The position numbers were made by a program, and so were the translations under genes. From the NCBI GenBank assembly GCA_043826455.1, contig JBDRQD010000015.1, positions 128,001 to 192,000 of the forward strand: a stretch of 64,000 nucleotides of DNA, given 5' to 3'. This document shows positions 1-8,229 of the stretch, one piece after another (the stretch's first letter is position 1; every line of letters starts with the position of its first letter). The notes beneath the pieces are model-generated. The model was not told the origin of the DNA and searched no databases. It saw nothing but the letters and a program-made list of their open reading frames with translations. This stretch comes from Candidatus Bathyarchaeota archaeon. GTDB lineage: Archaea > Thermoproteota > Bathyarchaeia > TCS64.

Positions 1-343
1 ACTTGATGAGTCCGGCCACCATCATCTGTAGTCCTCCGCCAGCGCTGCTGGTGGTACAGTAGAGGTCTACTCCCTTCTCCCCGTCGTAGGGCATTATTAT
101 GCCTGAGCCGTCGGGGGATAGGAGCTTGTGGCCGGTCAACTCCTCGACTTCACGTACCGCGTTCTGAACTCCGAGGGTTACGTCCTCGTAAGGGGTTTCT
201 ACGGTTGTGGGTGCTTCACCTGCCACCAGGAACCTCCACTCACCGTCCTTCAGGTGGAAAAACCTCGCCTTGGTGGTGGTGGATCCTACGTCAGTGACAA
301 TGATGTACTGCATCTCCTCAGTCGGCTTCTTGAGGGTTGCCAT
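1..343 (-). CDS. GlmL/MutL-family (glutamate mutase L-like) ASKHA protein, 5' part only; runs off the window
   Basis: Not in the ORF track. Manual translation from ATG at 343: MATLKKPTEEMQYIIVTDVGSTTTKARFF...APTTVETPYEDV...DLYCTTSSAGGGLQMMVAGLIK. The DVGSTTTK phosphate-1 and SSAGGGL motifs are typical of GlmL. Confidence 0.8.
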   Translation of the reverse strand, partial: MATLKKPTEEMQYIIVTDVGSTTTKARFFHLKDGEWRFLVAGEAPTTVETPYEDVTLGVQNAVREVEELTGHKLLSPDGSGIIMPYDGEKGVDLYCTTSSAGGGLQMMVAGLIK

Positions 344-689
344 GCTGTTTCATAAAGCGTCACGACTAATCATGCTTAAAGCTTTCTAATACGTTGGCCC
401 AAACATGTAGGAGGATTTTGATTATCTTTTTTATTGGTGTGCTGTAGTCATAGGCTTCGGGGCGGGTGATCTGTCTAATGATAAAAATATTCGCCATTAA
501 TTGATACCCCCCTACCTTTTTTCACATCCGGCTCACCTCCAGGTGCTTTTAGGCTTATCCCGTGCCAGCCGGGATTAAGCGGAAAACAAATTCCATCTTA
601 TGCTTCATGCTTTTCCTTGATGAGGTGCCTCCTCGTCCTTGGCTCTGGAGCCCCAGAGAACACGGTTAACCGAAAACCTTGTAGTTGTA

Positions 690-1130
690 TCAGAAGGGTA
701 GCCAGCGCCGCCACCCTTTGCGCTCCTGAGGCTTCTCTGCTTCATCCCCCTTCTCCGGCTCGGGACTATCAGGGGGCTCCTCCTTGGGGGCCGCCTCCCC
801 AGCAGGGGCCTCCAGCTCCTTGACTGGGGGCTTGTACTCGCCCTTGGTCATCTGCTCGAGGATCTGGATGAGCTTCTCTATGTTCTTCCTGTCCTCGAAG
901 ACGTAGATGAGCTTCTCCCCCAGCATGTTGTACTGGGGGCCCAGGGCAGGCAGGAAGGGGGCTAGGACTACTCTGCTGAGTTCGCCGCCCACGTACACCA
1001 TGGGCTTGATGCTTTCGAGGGTGAGGATGGCCACGGTCTCCATGCCGTAGAGCTGTATCCTCTTAGCTGCGCCGTGGAGGACTTTGTCGACTTCCTCCTC
1101 GGATAGCTCCATGTCGCCCCAGGGGTACAT
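690..1130 (-). CDS. Conserved hypothetical protein (module A small partner; homolog of 41462..41755)
   Basis: ORF; YGMETVAILTLESIKP...SRVVLAPFLP aligns by eye with YGGETAALLAIRAFKY...GRVFLGPLTP; Pro/Glu-rich tail. Confidence 0.75.
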   Translation of the reverse strand: MYPWGDMELSEEEVDKVLHGAAKRIQLYGMETVAILTLESIKPMVYVGGELSRVVLAPFLPALGPQYNMLGEKLIYVFEDRKNIEKLIQILEQMTKGEYKPPVKELEAPAGEAAPKEEPPDSPEPEKGDEAEKPQERKGWRRWLPF

Positions 1131-1146
1131 CTCAGAACCATATATC

Positions 1147-1572
1147 TTACAGCTGATTTAAGGTATTATCTTCATCGGAGCCTGTGACGCTCTGCTTGGC
1201 GGGTCTCAGTCTCCGCCGGAGGGAGATGTAGGCGGACGTCAACCCTCCCAGGAGGAACATGACTAGGAGGAGGGCGAAGAAGGAGGTGGTGTTGCCCTGG
1301 GTGAACGCCCACAGGCTGACCACCACGAGAGCCCATGAGATCATCACGCACCTAATCGCAACCGGTAGCTCCGCTGCCCCTGTTCGTTTGCACACAAGGT
1401 AGCTGGGTATGAGGCCAGCCAAGTAGTACATGATGTAGGCCAGGACCCACGGGGGGTCGTAGAAGGTCTTGAGCTCTATCCAGAAGTACACTATGCCGTA
1501 GGCCAGCACGGCGCCCGCCATGTAGTCGGTTATCGATGGCCGTTTATCCCTGTCCAGGGTCAAATGTATCAT
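1147..1572 (-). CDS. Small ~4-TM membrane protein
   Basis: ORF with four hydrophobic segments, co-oriented with module A. Confidence 0.7.
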   Translation of the reverse strand: MIHLTLDRDKRPSITDYMAGAVLAYGIVYFWIELKTFYDPPWVLAYIMYYLAGLIPSYLVCKRTGAAELPVAIRCVMISWALVVVSLWAFTQGNTTSFFALLLVMFLLGGLTSAYISLRRRLRPAKQSVTGSDEDNTLNQL

Positions 1573-1626
1573 TTAACATGAATGTGGCTCGGATAAGAGT
1601 TTAATGTAAAAGAAATGGGGGAAGGT

Positions 1627-2346
1627 TTACTCCTTCTTGGGCCACGGCCTCTTCTCTGGTGGCAGCATGGCGTAGATGAGCAGTACCAGCACTATGGGTA
1701 GGGCTATGATCGCGCCTTGAAGCGGCAGCCACTGGTTGTAGATGAAGTCGAGTCTTCCGAAGATCATGTTGTACCTGGACAGCACAGTGTTGGCGAAGCT
1801 GTAGCTGAAAGCGGCCATCATCCCGTACCTTGCGATCTTGGGTATGATGCCGAGGCCGCCCTCGTGGGCCTTGGGGAACGTGAATAGGAAGAAGTAGACC
1901 GTGGTTACCACTAGGATGATGAAGATCAGGTTGCTGACCAACTTGAAGGGGTCCGTGACGCCTATCAACTTGATGGCTGCGGTGGACTTTATCTGGGTGA
2001 TGAACTCCGCGGTGACCACCGCCCTCATGCTGAGCCCTATGCCAAGGCCCACCATGATGGACAGGGGGTACCTGCTCACCCAGAAGTACTGTGGGTGGTA
2101 CCTCGAGTACAGTAGTATCCCGAGTAGGAAAACCACGATGTAGAGGTATGCTCCCCCCATCAGGTTGTCCCAGCCGTACCTCCTGATGTTGTCCACGCCG
2201 TAGACTAGGCTGTGCCCGGCGGCTGCTCCGACGAAGGTGTACTCAGCTAACTTGAAGAAGTCGTTGTCCCTGAAGGCGATGCTGTAGATCCATATGGTGA
2301 ATATGGCCGCCATCCAGATCTGTATGACTAGGTTTAGCTCCATCAC
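1627..2346 (-). CDS. Multi-pass membrane protein (module A subunit 4)
   Basis: Several hydrophobic helices; paralog of 39426..40052 (RDNDFF/KDNIVF, GAAAGH/GAATAH, WVSRYP/WVSKYP). Confidence 0.8.
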   Translation of the reverse strand: MMELNLVIQIWMAAIFTIWIYSIAFRDNDFFKLAEYTFVGAAAGHSLVYGVDNIRRYGWDNLMGGAYLYIVVFLLGILLYSRYHPQYFWVSRYPLSIMVGLGIGLSMRAVVTAEFITQIKSTAAIKLIGVTDPFKLVSNLIFIILVVTTVYFFLFTFPKAHEGGLGIIPKIARYGMMAAFSYSFANTVLSRYNMIFGRLDFIYNQWLPLQGAIIALPIVLVLLIYAMLPPEKRPWPKKE

Positions 2347-3194
2347 TTACTTCCTCCTGAGAATCTCTTGCCAAGGTAGGCGATGTTGCCTATGGCCACG
2401 TAGGCGAGGCAAAGCAGGTGAGTCAGGGTTATCACGTCGGCCGACTTGATGCCCCGGGCGGGGACCCTTACCAGGGTCTCCATCTCTCCTGCCTGTGCCC
2501 CAGATGTCACGGATATTATCTGTCCCGCGTTCTGGTATGGCAGCATAGTGGGGACCATCATGGCCAGCACAGAGCACATGTACCTTGTGCCGTAGACGGT
2601 GTACCACTGCCTTACCCAGCCCTCTGACTGGTCGCCGCCTGTGGTATAGCAGAGTAGTAGGTCGAAGCTGCTTGCGTCAGTTATACCATCCATGATGGTG
2701 TACTGGCTTAGTGGGTTACCCTTGTAGTCAGTGGAAGTTGTTGCTCTCAGGTCCTTTCCGATCGCAGCCATCGCCGTCTCTGTTCCAGCTATGTAGCCTA
2801 TGTGGATGTAGTCGACGCCGTACTGGGCGCCGTACTTTTGCTCTGGTCTGATCTCAGCCATGGCCTTGTCCCATAGCTGGGGTCCCTCGATGGATGTGGA
2901 CATGCAGATGACCTTAATGCCTCCCTTCCTGAAGAGGTGGTGGTAGACGGCTACTGCCATTGGGCCCAGCTCAGGCTCTCCGCCCCCGGAGTATCCGAAG
3001 TCTATCATGACGACGGAGCCTGGGGGTAGAGCTTCTATGGTCTGGTACCATTTTTGTGTGTTGGCCGAGACGGGTATAGGTAGGCCCAGGGGGTAAATCA
3101 TGGGAACCACGAAAACTACCAGAAGTATGCCATAGAGCACCTCTCTAGGTATGTTCTCCAGCGTGTCCCAGATGCTCTTACCTTGTCCACTCAT
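2343..3194 (-). CDS. Membrane-anchored protein with soluble alpha/beta domain (module A subunit 3)
   Basis: N- and C-terminal TM segments; paralog of 38570..39424 (IYPLGLP, ALPxGSVV, YGVDY); 4-nt overlaps with neighbours. Confidence 0.8.
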   Translation of the reverse strand: MSGQGKSIWDTLENIPREVLYGILLVVFVVPMIYPLGLPIPVSANTQKWYQTIEALPPGSVVMIDFGYSGGGEPELGPMAVAVYHHLFRKGGIKVICMSTSIEGPQLWDKAMAEIRPEQKYGAQYGVDYIHIGYIAGTETAMAAIGKDLRATTSTDYKGNPLSQYTIMDGITDASSFDLLLCYTTGGDQSEGWVRQWYTVYGTRYMCSVLAMMVPTMLPYQNAGQIISVTSGAQAGEMETLVRVPARGIKSADVITLTHLLCLAYVAIGNIAYLGKRFSGGSK

Positions 3195-3877
3195 GCTCCA
3201 CCGCCTCCTCTCTCCTCCTCGGTCAGTTTACCGAGGAACCCTGTCTCTCTACCGGTCATGGTCCTGATGCCCAGGGATATGGCTCCTAGGGCGCCACCGA
3301 TCATGATGCCACGCTGAGCCGAGGTCGTCAGCACGTCGCTGATGAAGCTCACCCAGGTTCCTAACACGGGGAAGTATACAGCCATTGCGGGCGCGTTCTT
3401 CGCCAACACTACCAAGCCTACGACCAAGAAGATACCTGACTCGACGTTCTTGAGCCTCAGAGCTCTGTAAAGCCCTGATGTCATGTAGAAGCCGAGGCTA
3501 GAGTACACTGTGGCGCTGAGGGCGAAGTAGGATGCATTGTAGAGCCAGTTATACTGATCTGAGGTTGGGCCCATTGCGACACCCGTTACAGTGAAGATCA
3601 CAATGACTATGAGAAGCCACAGGCTGAACTGCCACTGGTCCGGTGTCCGTCTGGATATGTGCTTGCTGTGGAAGTAGAAGAGGTTGACTGCGCCGAAGCC
3701 CAGCGCGAAGGCGGTGAGTATGATGCCCCAGTTCTGGAGGTTCGTCACCGTTAAGCTGGTCCAGCTCTTGCCGGCTGTGTTCACCGGTGGCGTGACGATG
3801 AAGTAGTCCATCATCACAATAAGGGCCACGACAAATACTATCACTACCGGTATCGTTTTCTTTAAAGTTGTCGACAT
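3191..3877 (-). CDS. Multi-pass membrane protein (module A subunit 2)
   Basis: About 6 TM; GGAGGT RBS upstream; paralog of 37918..38568. Confidence 0.8.
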   Translation of the reverse strand: MSTTLKKTIPVVIVFVVALIVMMDYFIVTPPVNTAGKSWTSLTVTNLQNWGIILTAFALGFGAVNLFYFHSKHISRRTPDQWQFSLWLLIVIVIFTVTGVAMGPTSDQYNWLYNASYFALSATVYSSLGFYMTSGLYRALRLKNVESGIFLVVGLVVLAKNAPAMAVYFPVLGTWVSFISDVLTTSAQRGIMIGGALGAISLGIRTMTGRETGFLGKLTEEERGGGGA

Positions 3878-3890
3878 TTCATCATACCTC

Positions 3891-4673
3891 CTACATTCCT
3901 AATAGGTCGACTATGAACGAACTGCCCGCGGCAGTCGCCAACACGCCTAGTATCATCAGTATCATTGCCAGTATCTTGCCGTAGTCCTGCCCTCTGGTGG
4001 TTCCTGCCTGTACGGGGTCCCCGGAGAGGTATGCTCCAGCTGCGTAGATCTCCTCTCCGATTAGCAAGTAGTCGCATATGACGGCGAAGAAGGGTATCTG
4101 GTATCCTCTGGCCGTTCCAGCCAGTTGTATGGATCCGATCCTGTTGAAGGTCTCCGCGAAGAGCATGGACTCAGCGTAGAAGGGTCCGATCATTATGTTG
4201 GCTGCGGGTCTCTCCCTCTCCGCGATACCCTGAACAGCGGAGGCGTAGGCGAACTGCTCGCCAGACAGGTACCTTACCTGGTCCTCCGCGTGGAACTCCT
4301 CCGCCTTGCCAGCCTTCACATAGGCTTCCTTCATGAGCTCTGTAGCGATAGGCATGACCTGAGCCGCGTACACCGAGTAGATGAGATTCACGCCATAGTT
4401 GGCGCACAGCTCAGCTACATAGGCTAGGACTGCGAGTCCAGCCACTAGCTGTGGTGCCACAGTTTCCGTTAAGCTTCCTAGTCCAGTCGTAAAGTGCACA
4501 GGCCTGTTCATCTCGGCTGCTCTGCCTACCATCTCTGGCAGTGCATCCAGGCCCGTCAGTTTTCTGAATTGTAGTTTTTGTTTTTTGGCCATCTCCATAC
4601 CGCCCAGTATGAAGATCCAGATTAGTATCAGCATTCCTAACGCGAAAATTCTGCCCGTAATAAGTATTGATAT
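3891..4673 (-). CDS. DUF6754-like protein (module A subunit 1); start at ATG 4634 or possibly ATA 4673
   Basis: Motifs RPVHFTTG, FYAESMLFAE, QIPFFAVICDYLLIGEEIYAAGAYLS; paralog of 37124..37918. Confidence 0.75.
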   Translation of the reverse strand: MSILITGRIFALGMLILIWIFILGGMEMAKKQKLQFRKLTGLDALPEMVGRAAEMNRPVHFTTGLGSLTETVAPQLVAGLAVLAYVAELCANYGVNLIYSVYAAQVMPIATELMKEAYVKAGKAEEFHAEDQVRYLSGEQFAYASAVQGIAERERPAANIMIGPFYAESMLFAETFNRIGSIQLAGTARGYQIPFFAVICDYLLIGEEIYAAGAYLSGDPVQAGTTRGQDYGKILAMILMILGVLATAAGSSFIVDLLGM

Positions 4674-4861
4674 TTCATATCACTCCTGTTTCATATGTGA
4701 ATGTATCTTGACCCCGAATTGATTTAATACTTACGTCTATATGGCGTAATTAAACGAGCTTTTCCCTCACACTTGATGGTTTTTAAATATGATTCATGAA
4801 CCGCTCTACCGTAATCAAACCAGCTGGCTCCGTTAAATAACACCCCCCATACTTGTAGTGT

Positions 4862-5389
4862 ATGGTCGCCGACCAAGGAACTAGGATGCCTAGAAGGATC
4901 ATCTTCGCGGGAGCGAACATAGCCTTCGGGGTGTCTTTCATCGGCCTTGAGCTCCTGGGGCTCCTCTTCGGTGTCTCCCCAGCAGACCCAGAGCTGCAGG
5001 CAAACCTGAACCTGTTAATAGTTGGGATCAACCTGCTGGGCGGCTACGCCGGGGGCTACCTCGTGGCCAAGAACACCCAGGGAGATACGTTGCAGCAGGG
5101 GACACTGACAGGGGTTCTGGCTTACATTATCCAGCAGATAGTTCACGCCACTCTGTATGGGTTTGGCGCGGTGGGAAACGCGTTCACCACCCTGGCTCTC
5201 ATCGGAGGGGCCATGGCTGGGGCGGTTCTCCACGAATCACATATCAAGAGGCTGGCGAGGATCAGGGCCGCGGCTTCCCGGGCCGAGGAGGGAGAAAGCC
5301 CCGGTGGACCAGAGGGCTCCGAGGCTGGAACCGAAGAAGTGGCTGAAGGGGAGCCCGGGGAGAAGGGCGAGGCCCCGCCTGAGGGCTGA
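4862..5389 (+). CDS. Small 4-TM membrane protein with acidic C-terminal tail
   Basis: Gly-rich TM helices (GGYAGGYLVA, GGAMAGA); divergent from module A. Confidence 0.7.
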   Translation: MVADQGTRMPRRIIFAGANIAFGVSFIGLELLGLLFGVSPADPELQANLNLLIVGINLLGGYAGGYLVAKNTQGDTLQQGTLTGVLAYIIQQIVHATLYGFGAVGNAFTTLALIGGAMAGAVLHESHIKRLARIRAAASRAEEGESPGGPEGSEAGTEEVAEGEPGEKGEAPPEG

Positions 5390-5458
5390 GTCCAGTAATA
5401 GGGGAATATTTTACACCCCTCAGCGGGTAGGGTATATATATTCTGGGTATTTTCCTTA

Positions 5459-8227
5459 ATGGAAACCCGAGGTGAAGCCATGCCCGAACCCAAGACTCTT
5501 GTGACCTCCGCCCTCATCTACGCCAACGGCCCCGTACACATAGGCCACATGTTGGAGAATATTCAGACGGATATCTATGTACGGTCGCAGAGGATTCGCG
5601 GCCGAGACATCATTTACTGTGGGGCTGAAGACACTCATGGTGCCCCCATAGAGATCAACGCCGCCAAGCAGGGTGTGACGCCCGAGGATTTCATCGACCA
5701 CTGGAAGCGGGAGCACAAGCGTGACTACGACGACTACCTGATCAGCTTCGACAGCTACTACTCAACTAACAGCCCGGAGAACCAGCACTACACGGAGCTC
5801 ATATTCAGGCGGCTCCAGGAGAGGGGGCACATCTACACCAAGGAGATGGAGCTCACCTTCTGTGAGCACTGCGAGAGGTACCTGCCGGATCGCTACGTGA
5901 AGGGCGCGTGCCCCAAGTGCGGCGCCCAGGACCAGTACGGGGACGTCTGCGAGAAGTGTAACAGCACTTACAGCACCACGGACCTGGTGAACCCCTACTG
6001 CAGCATCTGCGGGAACCCGCCTGTGCGCCGGAACAGCCTCCACTACTTCTTCAAGCTCAGCGAGTTCAGCGGCTGGCTGGAGAACTGGCTCAACACCAAC
6101 CAGAGCCTCCAGCCTGAGATCAGGAACCAGATACTGACCTGGGTCAGGGAGGGTCTCCAGGACTGGTGCATCAGCAGGGACGGCCCCTACTTCGGCTTCA
6201 GGATACCCGGGGAGGATAACAAGTACTTCTACGTGTGGCTGGACGCACCCATAGGCTACATAGCCAGCACCGCCAACTACTGCAGGGATAAGGGCTGCAC
6301 GGCTGACGACTACTGGCAGTCGGGGGACAGCAGGATCATTCACTTCATAGGCAAGGACATCATATACTTCCACCTCCTATTCTGGCCCGCCGTCCTCCAC
6401 GGCGCCGGGCTCCACGTGCCCGACAACGTGGTGGTCCACGGGTTCCTGACGGTGAACGGGGAGAAGATGAGCAAGAGCCGGGGCACCTTCCTCACAGCTG
6501 AGGAGTTCAAGGACTATGTGGACCCGGAGCTCACCCGATACTACTACGCCGCGAACCTCACCCACACCATGACCGACATCGACCTGGACCTGGTGAACCT
6601 GGAGAACAGGATCAACAACGAACTGGTATCCAACCTGGCCAACCTCTTCTACAGGGTCCTCAGCTTCCTCAACAAGTACTACGACAGCGAGACCACCACC
6701 ACGCTGGACGGTGGTCTCCTGGACGAGGTGAGGGCCAAGTGCGAGTCGGTGGGCCGCCATTACGACAACTACGACTTCAGGGACGCGGTCCGGGAGATGC
6801 TTGAGATCAGCAGCATGGGCAACAAGTATTTCCAGGACAACGCGCCGTGGGAGATGGTTAAATCCGATAAGGGTCGCGGCCAGAGGGTGCTCACGGACTG
6901 CGTCAACATCGTCAAGAACCTAACCCTTCTGATAAAACCCATCATGCCCCTGTTCGTGGAGAAGATGGAGAAGCAGCTCAACGTGCAGGCCATGGACTGG
7001 AGCCACATCGGAGAAGTGTTGGAGAATCACAGAATTGGGAAAGCCAGGATAGTCCTCAAGAAGATAGAGCCCATAGTGCTGAAGGCCAGGGACGAGGCCC
7101 CAGCAGAGCGTGAAGTCGAGTTCAGCATCGACGACAAGCTCGCCAAGATAGGCGTGGACGTGAAGCTGGCCATAATCCAAGGCGTAGGCATCAGGAAGAG
7201 CGAAGGCGAGCTGGAGAAGCTGAAGAAGCAGGCCGAGGAGAAGATCAGAGCCCTCCGAGTAGACGGTGATCCCATCATAGAGGGCTACAGGGAGGTGTAC
7301 CGGAGGTTCAAGGCCGACGAGGAGCCCCCCATGGCTCACCTGATAAAGCTCGTCAAGGAGAGGGGGATGCTCCCCAACATCAACACCGTCGTGGACGCCT
7401 ACAACATCATCTCAGCCACACGTCGCGTCAGCGTCGGGGTCCACGACCTGGACAAGGTGGTGGGCGGCGTCCGCCTCAAGGTGACCCAGGGCGATGAGGC
7501 CTATGTGCCCCTGGGCGAGACGGAGCCCGTGAAGGTACGGCCCGGGGCATTCGCCATGGTGGACCAGGAGCACGTCCTCTGCTACCTGGACGCCAAGCAG
7601 GGCCAGCACACCAAGATAGGGTACGACACCAGGAACCTGCTGGTCTACGTGCAGGGCAACGCCGAGACCAGCGGCACGTACCTGGATGCGGCCCTCCGCG
7701 AGATATGCGACCTCATCGTAAGGTTCAACGGCGGCAGCTACAGGCTGCTGAACCCCACGGACCTGTCGGCCCTCAACCTGAAAGTGGCCAAGGTTACGGA
7801 GGTCCTGGACCACCCGGGCGCCGACAAACTGTACATCATCAAGGTCGACCTGGGCTCGGAGAAGAGGCAGCTATGCGCCGGCCTCAAACCCTACTACCCG
7901 GACAGGAATGATCTTCTGGGGAAGCATCTTGTGGTCCTCACCAACCTTCAGCCCGCCAAGCTCAGGGGCGAGCTGAGCGAGGGCATGCTTCTGGCCGGGG
8001 ACGACGGCAAGGACGTGGGCGTACTGAGCCCCCAGAAATCCAAGCCAGGCGACCAGGTGTACGTCGGCGACATAAGGGATTACAAGGAAGACCTGATCAG
8101 CTTCGACCATTTCATGAAGTACAGGCTGGAGGCCGTGGACGGCAGAGCCTACATGGAGGGCCTGCCCCTGCACACGGACTCCGAGGAGATAAGGCTGGAG
8201 AAGGTGGCGAACGGCAGGATAAGGTAG
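5459..8227 (+). CDS. metG: Methionyl-tRNA synthetase with inserted B3/B4-like domain and C-terminal OB-fold tRNA-binding domain (start may be 5480)
   Basis: YANGPVHIGH, four CxxC knuckle motifs, YVWLDAPIGY, KMSKS; C-terminal HPGADKLY...SEGMLLA. Confidence 0.95.
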   Translation: METRGEAMPEPKTLVTSALIYANGPVHIGHMLENIQTDIYVRSQRIRGRDIIYCGAEDTHGAPIEINAAKQGVTPEDFIDHWKREHKRDYDDYLISFDSYYSTNSPENQHYTELIFRRLQERGHIYTKEMELTFCEHCERYLPDRYVKGACPKCGAQDQYGDVCEKCNSTYSTTDLVNPYCSICGNPPVRRNSLHYFFKLSEFSGWLENWLNTNQSLQPEIRNQILTWVREGLQDWCISRDGPYFGFRIPGEDNKYFYVWLDAPIGYIASTANYCRDKGCTADDYWQSGDSRIIHFIGKDIIYFHLLFWPAVLHGAGLHVPDNVVVHGFLTVNGEKMSKSRGTFLTAEEFKDYVDPELTRYYYAANLTHTMTDIDLDLVNLENRINNELVSNLANLFYRVLSFLNKYYDSETTTTLDGGLLDEVRAKCESVGRHYDNYDFRDAVREMLEISSMGNKYFQDNAPWEMVKSDKGRGQRVLTDCVNIVKNLTLLIKPIMPLFVEKMEKQLNVQAMDWSHIGEVLENHRIGKARIVLKKIEPIVLKARDEAPAEREVEFSIDDKLAKIGVDVKLAIIQGVGIRKSEGELEKLKKQAEEKIRALRVDGDPIIEGYREVYRRFKADEEPPMAHLIKLVKERGMLPNINTVVDAYNIISATRRVSVGVHDLDKVVGGVRLKVTQGDEAYVPLGETEPVKVRPGAFAMVDQEHVLCYLDAKQGQHTKIGYDTRNLLVYVQGNAETSGTYLDAALREICDLIVRFNGGSYRLLNPTDLSALNLKVAKVTEVLDHPGADKLYIIKVDLGSEKRQLCAGLKPYYPDRNDLLGKHLVVLTNLQPAKLRGELSEGMLLAGDDGKDVGVLSPQKSKPGDQVYVGDIRDYKEDLISFDHFMKYRLEAVDGRAYMEGLPLHTDSEEIRLEKVANGRIR

Positions 8228-8229
8228 GC

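Noticed and set aside
553..580. Hairpin GCTTATCCCG...CGGGATTAAGC in the spacer between the glmL-like gene and module A
   Set aside because: Single imperfect stem with no further support; function cannot be assigned.
618..673. Possible C/D box sRNA (TGATGA...CCGA)
   Set aside because: No canonical CTGA D box or convincing C'/D' pair, and no target identified.
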